Numbered from the stretch's first letter, positions 7,955 through 18,118 are shown. The stretch: 49,923 bases of DNA from an uncultured Acidimicrobium sp. (GCA_903895515.1 CAITUB010000008.1:1-49923); one strand, 5' to 3'. The notes: a model not told the origin generated them from the sequence alone. Made by a program: numbers and translations.

Positions 7955-8872
7955 TTAGTTGAACGAATCTTGTCCGTCACCGCGCATGGTGACGAATTCA
8001 TTCATCAAGATTTGTGAAGCAGGATGGCTGTCACCAAATGCTGGTGTGCGATCAATTGATAGCGGCGTGAAGTTTGGACTGACCAGCGGTTGATGTCCTG
8101 TTTGGCAACCTGGGCACCAGTACAACACGCGGTTTGCTTCACCGTGATGAGCAACGCGGATGAGATCGCCACATCGCTGACACGATTTACCTTGGCGTCC
8201 ATAAACGGCCATTTCATTGGGTGAAGTGGCGTTTTTTGCCTCGTAATGCATATGTGCAAGCAGCGACTCTTGGGCAAGTGTCAGCAATTCGCGGCACTCC
8301 GCGCGCTTCATTTCACCAATGCGCGCCCATGGGTGCACTTCACATGCCCACATAATTTCGCAGCGAAACACGTTGCCAACTCCGGACACCACACGTTGAT
8401 CGAGCAACACTTCAGAAACAGTTGCATCTTTATCTTCGTATTGCATCATGCGATCAACGCACTCTTCAATATCAACATCGTGATGACACAAGTCGGGGCC
8501 AAGCTTGCCAAGAATTGGATGTCGACGCGGATCAAAGTCGCGGAAGGTTTCCAAACTGACTGCACCGAAGCACACTGCAATCCAATCTGAAACTGCAATC
8601 ACTACTTGCGCGCGTTCACGCGGCTTTGACCATTGTTCTCCGCGGCGATATAAGTGCCACGAACCAGAAATACGAAATGTTGAATGCAACACCACTCCGT
8701 CATCCCACACCATTTCAATGTTCTTTCCAAACGTGCGAACTTCTTCAATGGTGTGCCCAAGTACTGGGCGAATTCCATCGCAGTCAAGCGCGTCAAAAGC
8801 CAATGTTTGTTTGCCGATTAGAGCGGTGCGAAGAGCAACTGCGGTGCGATAAACCGAGTTGACTTCAAGCAT
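7955..8872 (-). CDS. Fpg/Nei family DNA glycosylase-like protein (Nei2-like), N-terminus M-L-E instead of M-P-E
   Basis: N-terminal MLEVNSVYRTAVALRTAL, FGK, and a C-terminal zinc finger CQRCG...WCPGCQ. A ~48 aa tail follows the finger. Confidence 0.75.
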   Translation of the reverse strand: MLEVNSVYRTAVALRTALIGKQTLAFDALDCDGIRPVLGHTIEEVRTFGKNIEMVWDDGVVLHSTFRISGSWHLYRRGEQWSKPRERAQVVIAVSDWIAVCFGAVSLETFRDFDPRRHPILGKLGPDLCHHDVDIEECVDRMMQYEDKDATVSEVLLDQRVVSGVGNVFRCEIMWACEVHPWARIGEMKRAECRELLTLAQESLLAHMHYEAKNATSPNEMAVYGRQGKSCQRCGDLIRVAHHGEANRVLYWCPGCQTGHQPLVSPNFTPLSIDRTPAFGDSHPASQILMNEFVTMRGDGQDSFN

Positions 8873-8917
8873 GAGGAAAGATTATTCACCCCACCCTGTA
8901 GTTTGAGGGATCACCCC

Positions 8918-9208
8918 ATGAACGACACGCAAGACGACTCTCAAGACCCACTCGTTCGACGAGCAGCGCAACGGTACGGAACTGTTGGCGCGATGTTGGC
9001 GGGTGGAATGGTGGTGTTCGACAAACTACTTGGACGCAAACCAAAACAAGAAGCTGCTGTTGTTTTTGAAGCGTCAAGTGATCCAATTGATATTGATAAC
9101 GATGGCATCACAGTTGAGTTAAGTGAGCACCTCACCGTGCATTCGCCCGCACCAAGCAAGCGAATCGGCGTTGCAAGGGTGGTCAAGAAACGCCGTAAAA
9201 CCGAATAA
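8918..9208 (+). CDS. hypothetical small protein
   Basis: ATG at 8918 is preceded by GAGGGA at a 7-nt spacing. One weak hydrophobic segment (GTVGAMLAGGMVVF) and a basic C-terminus. No family recognised. Confidence 0.45.
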   Translation: MNDTQDDSQDPLVRRAAQRYGTVGAMLAGGMVVFDKLLGRKPKQEAAVVFEASSDPIDIDNDGITVELSEHLTVHSPAPSKRIGVARVVKKRRKTE

Positions 9209-9225
9209 ATATAAGGGTTTTACGG

Positions 9226-9762
9226 TTATGGAAGCTGGCCGACTGAAGCCAGTGCCAAGCGCACCAAGCGGTCGTGACCGCTGGTCATTTCCTTCACCAT
9301 TTGTTCCGAAGTTGCCTGAGTAGGTGTGAACCATCCAAGGTCTAAAGCTTGTTGCGTTGGTTGGCAATCGCCCGACACGGGAACAACGTAGGCCAAGCTC
9401 ACCGCATGATGACGCGGGTCGTGAAAGCCACTGATGCTTGGGTCCGGAAAATATTCAACAACAGTGAATGGGGCTGGCTCTAGCGGTACTCGCGGCAGCG
9501 CAAGTGGCCCTAAGTCTTTTTCCAAGTGGCGCAGTATCGCTTCGCGAATGCGTTCGCCCAGTAAAACCCGCCCCGATACAACGGTGCGACTAATCGACCC
9601 GTCCGGCGCTTGGCGCAACAACATGCCCACATGGGTTACCTCACCCATGTCATTGACCCGCACAGGCACGGCATCGACATACACAAGAGGCACTTGCCCA
9701 CGCACATCGTTCAGAGTTTGCGGATCAAGCCAGTTGGTTTTGACATCAATACTGTCGGTCAC
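9226..9762 (-). CDS. Nudix-fold protein with degenerate Nudix box (DUF4916-like)
   Basis: GRVLLGERIREAILRHLEKDLG resembles G-x5-E-x7-R-E-x2-E-E-x-G. GTG start with AGGAGG upstream. Confidence 0.5.
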   Translation of the reverse strand: MTDSIDVKTNWLDPQTLNDVRGQVPLVYVDAVPVRVNDMGEVTHVGMLLRQAPDGSISRTVVSGRVLLGERIREAILRHLEKDLGPLALPRVPLEPAPFTVVEYFPDPSISGFHDPRHHAVSLAYVVPVSGDCQPTQQALDLGWFTPTQATSEQMVKEMTSGHDRLVRLALASVGQLP

Positions 9763-9857
9763 AGCGCCTCCTCATTGCGTTGATCCATTGTCCCAGAAAC
9801 TTCTGCGTAAGCGTGGAATACCTCACACACAGTGAATTCATATGCGAAGGTATCTAG

Positions 9858-10271
9858 ATGAATCGCGCATCACTGAAAGACAAACTTTGGATTCCGCTCG
9901 GCGTATTTGTGCTGCTTGCAGGAATCACCCATTTTGCAAACCCCGACTTCTTCGATGCCATTGTTCCCCCCTGGCTGCCACCAAGCGAGCGCTTCTGGAC
10001 ATACATCAGTGGACTTGCCGAAATTGCAATCGGTACAGCCGTTTTGACGCCTAAATATCGTCGCCTCGGCGGCTGGGCAGCGTTCGTGCTGTTTGTCGCC
10101 GTGTACCCAGCCAATCTCTACATGGTGTGGGACTGGCGCGACCGCTCTACTGCAGAGCAAGTGGTGTCATGGGTGCGATTGCCATTTCAATTGCTGTTTT
10201 TGTGGGTGGCAATGCAGGTGGCAAAAAGCAGTGCAGTTACTTCGTTAACTCAACACCAGAAATCTGCTTAA
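9858..10271 (+). CDS. DoxX-like small integral membrane protein
   Basis: 137 aa, about 4 TM helices. The FWTYISGLAEIAIGTAVL pattern is typical of the DoxX/YphA-like family. Confidence 0.5.
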   Translation: MNRASLKDKLWIPLGVFVLLAGITHFANPDFFDAIVPPWLPPSERFWTYISGLAEIAIGTAVLTPKYRRLGGWAAFVLFVAVYPANLYMVWDWRDRSTAEQVVSWVRLPFQLLFLWVAMQVAKSSAVTSLTQHQKSA

Positions 10272-11097
10272 TTCGGTCGCGCAAAAACTCGAAAGCCGTT
10301 TTGTTTTCGGCTATCAACACGTCATCTGCCGGGTGCAAAAACAGCGGAGTTGAAATTCGCGCACGCTTGGCGGCTTCGCCAACAGGGTTGTTCACTCGGT
10401 GAGTGGTGCTTGGGTAATACCCATTCGTTACATAGTCCAACATGTCACCCGCATTGATAGCCACGCTGCCTGGGTCACAGGGCACGTCGTGCCAATTCCC
10501 GTTCAGGTCACGTACTTGTAGACCCGGCTCATTTGAAGCCGGCAACACCGTGATCATGTTGATGTCTTCGTGAGCCGCAGCACGCACCGCATCTGCAGGC
10601 TCGTCGCCACGCAATGGTGGGTAATGCAAAATTCGCAGCAATGTGCGGCGTGTGCCTTCAATCATTTGCGAAAGAGGCATGGAGAAGTTCTTTGAAATTT
10701 CTTCTGGCGTGTTCGCCTCGACCCACGTGAGCAACTCTGCTGCAAGCGACCAACCTGCTTGATACACCGCTGCCGCACTTGCTGACTCAAGCTCTGGCTG
10801 ACGACCCCACGGATACCAGTGGTAATACTCCTTAATATCTTTCACCTCGGCGCCAACAGCGGTTTCGGCTTCTTCAAGAGGTCGGTAACCATCTTGTTCT
10901 GTTTCGCTTGGCAAATAATTCCATTTGCGCTCTGAACGAAAGAAGTCGTGCCACTCGCTTTGTAGACGCACAACAATGTCGTACGGAATGGGGTGATTGA
11001 TCAGTACCGCAAAGCCAGTTTCACGAAGCGACTTAGTGAATAGCTTCGGTGCATCTGGCGATGTGTAGTCGACTACTGCGACGTCCATGCCTTCCAC
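10237..11097 (-). CDS. 2-oxoglutarate/Fe(II)-dependent oxygenase (isopenicillin N synthase-like)
   Basis: HEDINMITVL (H-x-D), distal TTHRV His, and an N-terminal non-haem dioxygenase region. Confidence 0.75.
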   Translation of the reverse strand: MEGMDVAVVDYTSPDAPKLFTKSLRETGFAVLINHPIPYDIVVRLQSEWHDFFRSERKWNYLPSETEQDGYRPLEEAETAVGAEVKDIKEYYHWYPWGRQPELESASAAAVYQAGWSLAAELLTWVEANTPEEISKNFSMPLSQMIEGTRRTLLRILHYPPLRGDEPADAVRAAAHEDINMITVLPASNEPGLQVRDLNGNWHDVPCDPGSVAINAGDMLDYVTNGYYPSTTHRVNNPVGEAAKRARISTPLFLHPADDVLIAENKTAFEFLRDRIKQISGVELTK

Positions 11098-11158
11098 ACT
11101 ACGGCGATCTAGATGCTGTCGCCACTCATGTCATACCCATGTTCACTAATGTGGCACA

Positions 11159-12328
11159 GTGCATACGAAGCGATTAATCCTCACGCTTCAAATTGCTATG
11201 GGCGTGTTGGCATCCGGGTATGGCGTCATGTTCACCATGCTCGATGACTGGCGAACCGCATACGGAATTCAAGAAACCGGCCTCAGCATGATCATTGCTG
11301 TTGGCTTTTTCACTTCATTTGTTGCCCAACTCACAATCGCTCCGTTTGCCGACAGAGGCCATGCTCGCAAGCTGATGACCGTTGGCATGGCCGCAAACGC
11401 AATCGGCGCATTGCTGATGGCTTTCGGGGCTTCACTTCCTGCGTTTCTACTTGGACGATTCATCATGGGTGTTGGTGCAGGTATCGCGATTCCCGCAATT
11501 AAACGAATCGTCATTGTGAGTGATCCTGAAAACATGGGTGGCAATCTTGGGCGAGGCGTTTCAATTGAAGTAGGTGGTTTTGCAATAGGTCCAGTCATTG
11601 CTGCACTTACCGTTGACTCCATCAGCCTTGCTGCACCATTCATTCTTATTGCCCTGCTCATTGCCATCACTGGCGTCATCATTGCGCGACTCAGCATTAC
11701 CGAGACCGCAATCGAAGATCGAACAGATGAACGATTCGCAATTGACTTGCTGAAGAATCGTGCTGTGCTCGGGTCCATCCTCGTTGGGCTAGCGCTGTTC
11801 GTCATGATTGGCGTATACGACTCGTTGTGGGTCATCATCATGGATGACTTGAAGGCACCGCACTGGGTAGGCAACGCAGGTGTTGCACTGTTCGGATTGC
11901 CATGGATTTTCTTTGGGGCACTTGGTGGAAGAATCGCTCAGAAGCACGGACCGCTTCGAGTCAGTGCGTTTGGTTTGGCACTTGGTTCGTTGTACATGAC
12001 CTCGTATGGATTCATGACCATGCCGTACTTCATGCTTGGGGTTGGGCTCACCCAGTCCATGGTCGATTCACTCACGGTTACCGGAATTGGCGTTGCCGTT
12101 GCACAAGCAACCCCACCCGAACGCCAAGCGGGTGCATCGGGTTTGCTCGGCGGAATGCAAACACTTACCGGCGGAATTGCAGCCATGTTCGCGGGCACGA
12201 TGTACGAACATTTCGGCCAAAAATTTGCGTTCACTGCAACTGGTGTTGCAATGGCAATTCTCGTTGCACTTGGATGTTTCCTTGTTGGCAAAAAATGGCT
12301 GCAAAAGCCAGAACTTGCTACTGCTTAA
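11159..12328 (+). CDS. MFS transporter
   Basis: 389 aa, about 12 TM helices. FADRGHARK-like loop 2-3 motif. Confidence 0.8.
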   Translation: MHTKRLILTLQIAMGVLASGYGVMFTMLDDWRTAYGIQETGLSMIIAVGFFTSFVAQLTIAPFADRGHARKLMTVGMAANAIGALLMAFGASLPAFLLGRFIMGVGAGIAIPAIKRIVIVSDPENMGGNLGRGVSIEVGGFAIGPVIAALTVDSISLAAPFILIALLIAITGVIIARLSITETAIEDRTDERFAIDLLKNRAVLGSILVGLALFVMIGVYDSLWVIIMDDLKAPHWVGNAGVALFGLPWIFFGALGGRIAQKHGPLRVSAFGLALGSLYMTSYGFMTMPYFMLGVGLTQSMVDSLTVTGIGVAVAQATPPERQAGASGLLGGMQTLTGGIAAMFAGTMYEHFGQKFAFTATGVAMAILVALGCFLVGKKWLQKPELATA

Positions 12329-13651
12329 TCAGGCTGGGCCTGAGAACATTCCACCCATTCGCTCGTACGTCGTTACTGGCGACTTATCGTCTTCGTAACG
12401 GTTGATTTCGGCGCGACCCACAACGTGCCAGTGCACTTCGTCTGGTCCGTCAGCCAAGCGCAATGTGCGCTGACCTGCGTATAGACGAGCTAGTGGAGTC
12501 CATTGCGAAATGCCTGTGGCTCCAAATACCTGAATGGCTTCGTCGATGATCTTGCACACACGCTCAGGAACCATGGCCTTCACTGCGCTCACCCACACAC
12601 GAGCTTCTGCGTTGCCCAATGTGTCCATGGCCTTTGCCGCGCGCAACACCATCAGGCGCATGGCTTCAATTTCAATACGTGCCTTGGCAATGGTTTCGGT
12701 GTTCTTGCCCAAACGTGCAATCGGCTTACCGAATGCTTCGCGTGAAAGACCACGGCGAATCATCAATTCGAGTGCTCGCTCGCCTGCACCAATTGAACGC
12801 ATGCAGTGGTGAATGCGTCCTGGTCCTAAACGAACCTGTGAAATTTCGAATCCACGACCTTCACCCAACAGGATGTTTGATGCCGGCACGCGAACGTCGG
12901 TGAAACGCAAGTGCATGTGACCATGTGGGGCGTCGTCTTCGCCGAACACTTCCATTGGGCCAAGAATTTGCACGCCAGGCGTATCCATTGGTACCAAAAT
13001 TTGCGAGTGGCGCTTGTGTGGCGGCGCATCAGGGCTAGTGAGCAACATGCAGATCATGATCTTGCAACGCGGGTCGCCAGCACCAGAGATGTAGTACTTC
13101 TCGCCGTTGATCAGCCACTCTTCACCGTCAAGTTCTGCGCGGCATTCCAAATTCTTTGCATCAGAAGATGCCACATCTGGTTCGGTCATTGCATACGCCG
13201 AGCGAATTTCACCAGCAAGCAGCGGCTTCAACCACTTCTCTTTTTGCTCTGGCGTACCAACGCGCTCCAACACTTCCATGTTGCCCGTGTCAGGTGCACT
13301 GCAGTTCATCGATTCAGAAGCAATTGGGTTCTTGCCAAGTTCAACAGCAATGTATGCGTAGTCCAAGTTTGATAGGCCTTCTCCGGTTTCAGAGTTTGGC
13401 AAGAAGAAGTTCCACAAACCCTTCGCTCGCGCCTTGCGCTTCAGTTCGTCGAGCAACTCAAGTTGGCCTTCGCCGTATTGCCAGCGATCGGGACGCCCTT
13501 CACCGAGTGCGAAATACTTTTCGGTTACTGGCTCAACTTCATTAGCAATAAATTCCTTTACCGCGTTATACAACGGAACTGCTTTGGCCGACATGGCCAA
13601 GTTCATTGCATCGTCAGTGGTAATTCCTGAATACATTCCGGGTGCTGGCAT
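12329..13651 (-). CDS. acyl-CoA dehydrogenase family protein (ACAD10/11 / FadE2-like)
   Basis: 440 aa. AMTEPDVASSD, ISGAGDPRCK, a C-terminal helical domain and the LRLADGPDEVH motif. Confidence 0.85.
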   Translation of the reverse strand: MPAPGMYSGITTDDAMNLAMSAKAVPLYNAVKEFIANEVEPVTEKYFALGEGRPDRWQYGEGQLELLDELKRKARAKGLWNFFLPNSETGEGLSNLDYAYIAVELGKNPIASESMNCSAPDTGNMEVLERVGTPEQKEKWLKPLLAGEIRSAYAMTEPDVASSDAKNLECRAELDGEEWLINGEKYYISGAGDPRCKIMICMLLTSPDAPPHKRHSQILVPMDTPGVQILGPMEVFGEDDAPHGHMHLRFTDVRVPASNILLGEGRGFEISQVRLGPGRIHHCMRSIGAGERALELMIRRGLSREAFGKPIARLGKNTETIAKARIEIEAMRLMVLRAAKAMDTLGNAEARVWVSAVKAMVPERVCKIIDEAIQVFGATGISQWTPLARLYAGQRTLRLADGPDEVHWHVVGRAEINRYEDDKSPVTTYERMGGMFSGPA

Positions 13652-13684
13652 ACCCCCACGCTACCCCTCGCGAATAACTGGGTC

Positions 13685-14107
13685 TTAGTTGAGGATGACG
13701 AGCGGGATTTCGCGGTCAGTGCGCTGCTGATACCCGGCATACCCCTTGTACTGCTTCTCCACAATCGGCCACATGCGTGCACGTTCTTCAGTCGTTGCGG
13801 TGCGTGCGGTCATCATTTTGTTAGGTCCACCTTTGTAGCGCACCTGTACCTGTGGATTATCGACCAAGTTCAAATACCACGCAGGATGAAAATCGTCTCC
13901 ACCACGCGAAGCAACGATCACGATGGATTCACCTTCTTGAATTGGTGAAGTCAACATGCAGCTGCGAGGTTTGCCGCTCTTGCGGCCAATTGTGGTGAGT
14001 TCGAGCACAGGCATATTGCCTGCGGTCCAACCCGCTTTACCGCGCGTAACGCCCAGTATCAAACGGTGAATTCCATTCATGGATTTGAGTGCAAAGTTAC
14101 TTGGCAT
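13685..14107 (-). CDS. deazaflavin (F420H2)-dependent nitroreductase family protein (Ddn-like)
   Basis: LTTIGRKSGKPR, GGDDFHPAWYLNL, ERARMWP. The start overlaps the upstream MFS stop by 1 nt. Confidence 0.75.
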   Translation of the reverse strand: MPSNFALKSMNGIHRLILGVTRGKAGWTAGNMPVLELTTIGRKSGKPRSCMLTSPIQEGESIVIVASRGGDDFHPAWYLNLVDNPQVQVRYKGGPNKMMTARTATTEERARMWPIVEKQYKGYAGYQQRTDREIPLVILN

Positions 14108-15402
14108 CAGTGCACCGGCATTCCGTCAACAGCACCAACTACTCCCGACACATACTTCGGTCGGAAGAGCAGCACGAACGACAGTCCCGCGAGGCCAATG
14201 CACACAGATGCAACGATCAGCGGTTGACTCGACGTAATTGACGTTGTGATGTATCCGACCAACACGGCTGCCGGAACCTGCGAAAGGCTCGACACGCTGG
14301 CATAAATTCCCATGGCTTCACCTTGTCTGCCCATTTCTGCAGAACGACTGATGAGACTCGAGGTATTTGCCATGCACAGACCATTAAATGTTGCGAAGAA
14401 TGGAATGACCATGTACAAGTACATCGAACTAGATGTTGGAGTGAGGAAGTAAATAAGCATCATTGCGCCGGTTCCAAACATGGAGAACTTCAACACCTTG
14501 TAGTCCACGAGTTTCTTCGCAACACGACCAACAACGAGTCCCTGTGACAGTGCGATGCACAAGCCAACGATTGCAAAGTAGTCACCAATTTTTGACGAAC
14601 TGAAACTGAACTTGTTACGCAAATACACACCAAAGAACGTGGTAAAGAACGTGAACCCAGCGCTGAACAAAAAGCTTGAAATTAAAACTACGCGCAGGCG
14701 ATCTGACTTGAAACCGTTCACGACGTTGTTGACAGCTTGTCCAACCCTGATTTTTCCACCATGGAATTTTTCTTTAATGGTTTCAGGGAACGTGGTGATA
14801 ACTGCCGTGCAGTTCATCAATGCAATAATCGCTGCGAACCAGAATGGGGTCGTTGCACCAAACCAATGTGGAGTGTTGAACAAGCCATAGAAACTGACGC
14901 TTGGCGAACTGAGCTTTCCGCCTAAATACGGTCCAATAATGAATCCCAATCCAAAGGCCGCACCCATGAAGCCGAAGTTCTTCGCACGGTTTTCGTGTGT
15001 ACTGATGTCACCAATTGCTGCTTGGGCGACTGCCAAGTTTCCACCAGTCAAACCATCAAGCCCACGTGCTGCGAACAACAACGGCAAATTACCAGTGCTA
15101 ATACCAATGGCGAACAACACATAACCAACTGCAGTACCAAAAATTGAAAACGCAAGCACTGGGCGTCGCCCGTGGCGGTCAGATAGCTGGCCCAAAATCG
15201 GCGCGGCGATAAACATGCAGAACGGATAAATGGCTTGCAGCCAACCGAGCATGATTAACCCCTGCGTAAACGACCAGCTTTCTGGTGTCACACGAAATGG
15301 TCCATCAGTAATAAGCAGTGGAAAGACAGGAATCAGAATTCCAAATCCCAAGAGATCAATAAAGACTGTGGTGAATATTGCCAACATGGGGTTCTTACGC
15401 AT
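14107..15402 (-). CDS. MFS transporter (Tet/TCR-like)
   Basis: 431 aa, 12 TM helices. GQLSDRHGRRPV motif A. Confidence 0.85.
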   Translation of the reverse strand: MRKNPMLAIFTTVFIDLLGFGILIPVFPLLITDGPFRVTPESWSFTQGLIMLGWLQAIYPFCMFIAAPILGQLSDRHGRRPVLAFSIFGTAVGYVLFAIGISTGNLPLLFAARGLDGLTGGNLAVAQAAIGDISTHENRAKNFGFMGAAFGLGFIIGPYLGGKLSSPSVSFYGLFNTPHWFGATTPFWFAAIIALMNCTAVITTFPETIKEKFHGGKIRVGQAVNNVVNGFKSDRLRVVLISSFLFSAGFTFFTTFFGVYLRNKFSFSSSKIGDYFAIVGLCIALSQGLVVGRVAKKLVDYKVLKFSMFGTGAMMLIYFLTPTSSSMYLYMVIPFFATFNGLCMANTSSLISRSAEMGRQGEAMGIYASVSSLSQVPAAVLVGYITTSITSSQPLIVASVCIGLAGLSFVLLFRPKYVSGVVGAVDGMPVH

Positions 15403-15425
15403 TGAAAGATCGTAGTCTTGACGAG

Positions 15426-16196
15426 ATGAAAGACATCTTCTCTTTAAACGGCAAAGTGGCCCTTGTTACCGGTGGCTCACGCGGAATTGGCGCAATGATC
15501 GTGCAGGGGTTCCTGGAACACGGTTGCTCGCGCGTGTACATCACCGCACGCAAGGCAGCACAGTGCGACGCTGCAGCCAAGGAACTCTCTATGTATGGAG
15601 AGTGCATCTCCATACCGGGAGATGTTTCGACCCAAGAAGGCATTGCTGCTCTTGCTGCCGAAATTGCCAAGCGCGAATCAAAACTCGACATCCTGGTGAA
15701 CAACGCTGGAGCCGCATGGGGCGCTGACTTTGACGAGTTCCCAGAAAGCGGATGGGACAAAACCGTAGACCTCAATATGAAGACACCATTCTTTCTTACG
15801 CAGGCCCTTGCTCCACTCCTTCGCGCAGCAGCGTCGAAAGATCACTTGGCCAAAGTCATCAACATCGCATCAATCGATGGCGTATCGGTCAATGAAATGG
15901 AAACCTATCCATACGCAGCCAGCAAAGCGGGCCTCATTCACATGACTAAGCGCATGGCCCTTCGTCTCATTAAAGACAACATCGGAGTAACCGCAATTGC
16001 TCCTGGCGCATTCGCTTCAGAAATGAACAAAGTCGCACGCGATCATGGCGACGCCATTTCAGCAGCAATTCCAGCAGGTCGTATCGGCACCCCTGAAGAC
16101 ATGGCGGGTGCTGCTATTTACCTTGCGTCACGCGCCGGCGATTATGTCGTTGGTTCAACCGTCATCGTTGATGGCGGAGTGACGTACGCACGATGA
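15426..16196 (+). CDS. SDR family oxidoreductase
   Basis: VTGGSRGIG, NNAG, YAASK. The ATG at 15426 (MKDIFSLNGK) is preferred over the track start at 15378, which overlaps the divergent MFS gene. Confidence 0.85.
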   Translation: MKDIFSLNGKVALVTGGSRGIGAMIVQGFLEHGCSRVYITARKAAQCDAAAKELSMYGECISIPGDVSTQEGIAALAAEIAKRESKLDILVNNAGAAWGADFDEFPESGWDKTVDLNMKTPFFLTQALAPLLRAAASKDHLAKVINIASIDGVSVNEMETYPYAASKAGLIHMTKRMALRLIKDNIGVTAIAPGAFASEMNKVARDHGDAISAAIPAGRIGTPEDMAGAAIYLASRAGDYVVGSTVIVDGGVTYAR

Positions 16197-17638
16197 CCCG
16201 CAAACTTCCATTTGAATACAAGTGGGTTGTAGCGGTCATTTTTGTACTCGGTCTGTTCATGGAAATCATGGACACCACCATTGTCAACGTTGCTATTCCT
16301 ACGCTGCAAAAGACTTTTAATGCAACTGGTGCAGGAATTGAATGGGTCGTCATTGGTTACCTTCTTTCCATTGCGGTGTGGATTCCTTCATCAGGATGGA
16401 TCGGTGACCGCATTGGCACCAAGCGCACGTTCCTGTTTGCACTACTCATGTTCACTACTGCTTCAATTTTGTGCGGACAAGCCCACAGCATTGGAGAGCT
16501 GATCGCCTTCCGCATTTTGCAAGGCGTCGGCGGCGGAATGCTTACTCCTGTTGGCACAGCAATGTTGTTTCGCGCATTCCCACAGGAAGAACGTGCTCGT
16601 GCATCAACAGTGCTCATCATTCCAACCGTTATTGCTCCAGCTCTCGGGCCAATCATCGGTGGCCTCTTAATCGACAACTTGTCGTGGCGATGGATTTTTT
16701 ATGTGAACGTGCCAATCGGCATCTTCGGATTTATTTTTGGTGTTCTGTACTTGCGCGAAAGCAAAGAACCAACAGCCGGAAAGTTTGATGTGGCGGGTTT
16801 CCTGCTTGCAGCAACTGGGCTTGCCGGAATGTTGTATGCCCTATCGCAAGGCCCAGAAAAAGGTTGGCTGTCAAACGAAGTACTGATTACCGGAATTGCT
16901 GGAACATTTCTCACCATTGTGATGGTCATCGTTGAACTTCGTGTTGATGAACCAATGCTGACTCTTCGTCTATATCGCGATCGCATGTTCCGCAACTCGA
17001 ACATGGTTAATACATTGTCGTATGCATCGTTCGCAGCCTTTCTGTTCCTACTTCCCCAGTTTCTGCAAACGCTGCTCGGTTATTCAGCACTTGAATCCGG
17101 TCTGACTACATTCCCTCAGGCAGTTGGTGTGATTCTGGCTAGTCAATTTGTTGGCAAGCTGTACCACACCGTTGGACCGCGCAGGCTGGTGGCATTTGGA
17201 CTCTTATGCGTGTCGTTGTCCAACATTCCGTTTATGTTCATCTCGCTTGACGTCAGTCAAATGGTCATTCGAGAACTCATGTTCTTGCGAGGACTGAGTA
17301 TGGCATTTGCTTTTGTTCCACTACAGGCAGCCACATACGCCAACATTGCAAAGTCAGACACTGGCAGGGCATCAGCGATCTTCTCCACGCAGCGACAAGC
17401 ATCAGCCGCAATTGGTGTTGCGATTTTGGCCACACTGTTCCACTCGCGGCTCATTCACCTTTCGGGCGGAACTGAAGCAACACATGAGGTAACGCTCAAG
17501 GCATTTCACTTCGCGTTTGCTGGAAGCATCGTGATCTCACTTCTTGGTTCGCTATACGCTGCGGTTTTCTTTCGCGACATTGATGCCAAGCCAACCATGC
17601 ACCCTCGGCCAAAAAAGCAAAAAGCCGTTACTGCGTAA
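16193..17638 (+). CDS. MFS transporter, DHA2 (EmrB/QacA-like, 14-TMS)
   Basis: 481 aa. MEIMDTTIVNVAIPT N-terminal signature. ATGA overlap with the SDR stop. Confidence 0.85.
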   Translation: MTRKLPFEYKWVVAVIFVLGLFMEIMDTTIVNVAIPTLQKTFNATGAGIEWVVIGYLLSIAVWIPSSGWIGDRIGTKRTFLFALLMFTTASILCGQAHSIGELIAFRILQGVGGGMLTPVGTAMLFRAFPQEERARASTVLIIPTVIAPALGPIIGGLLIDNLSWRWIFYVNVPIGIFGFIFGVLYLRESKEPTAGKFDVAGFLLAATGLAGMLYALSQGPEKGWLSNEVLITGIAGTFLTIVMVIVELRVDEPMLTLRLYRDRMFRNSNMVNTLSYASFAAFLFLLPQFLQTLLGYSALESGLTTFPQAVGVILASQFVGKLYHTVGPRRLVAFGLLCVSLSNIPFMFISLDVSQMVIRELMFLRGLSMAFAFVPLQAATYANIAKSDTGRASAIFSTQRQASAAIGVAILATLFHSRLIHLSGGTEATHEVTLKAFHFAFAGSIVISLLGSLYAAVFFRDIDAKPTMHPRPKKQKAVTA

Positions 17639-18118
17639 TTAGTGCTTATAGCGCGCGAGCGCGTCTTGAATTTCCTTAGTAGCGGCGTCGCGGCCTTCCC
17701 AGCCCTTCACCGTGGTGTCTTTGTTTGGCTCAAGCAGTTTGTACACCTCGAAGAAGTTGCCCACTTCATCAAGTAGGTGTTCTGGCAAGTCTTCAATGTC
17801 TTGATACGCCGCATATCGAGGATCATGTGAAGCAACACAGAACACTTTCGCGTCTGGACCCTTTTCATCCGACATCCAGAACACGGCAACTGGCCGCACC
17901 ATGACGTGGCATCCAGAAAAGGTTGGTTGGCTGAGCCACACCAATGCGTCAAGTGGGTCACCGTCTTCGCCAAGTGTGTTGGGAAAAAAGCCATAATCAA
18001 GTGGGTACTGCGTTGCAGTAAAGAGCGTGCGATCAAGCCAAATCTCGCCTGTGTCGTGATTCATTTCGTACTTATTGCGTGACCCCTGAGGGATCTCAAC
18101 GATCATTTCAACTTCCAT
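17639..18118 (-). CDS. ppa: inorganic pyrophosphatase
   Basis: EIPQGSRNKYE, YPLDYGFFPNTLGEDGDPLDALV. 159 aa. Confidence 0.93.
   Translation of the reverse strand: MEVEMIVEIPQGSRNKYEMNHDTGEIWLDRTLFTATQYPLDYGFFPNTLGEDGDPLDALVWLSQPTFSGCHVMVRPVAVFWMSDEKGPDAKVFCVASHDPRYAAYQDIEDLPEHLLDEVGNFFEVYKLLEPNKDTTVKGWEGRDAATKEIQDALARYKH

Noticed and set aside
11269-11874. 201-aa antisense ORF inside the MFS gene at 11159..12328
   Set aside because: Shadow ORF. The translation is Met/Ser/Ala-rich and mirrors the hydrophobic sense codons.
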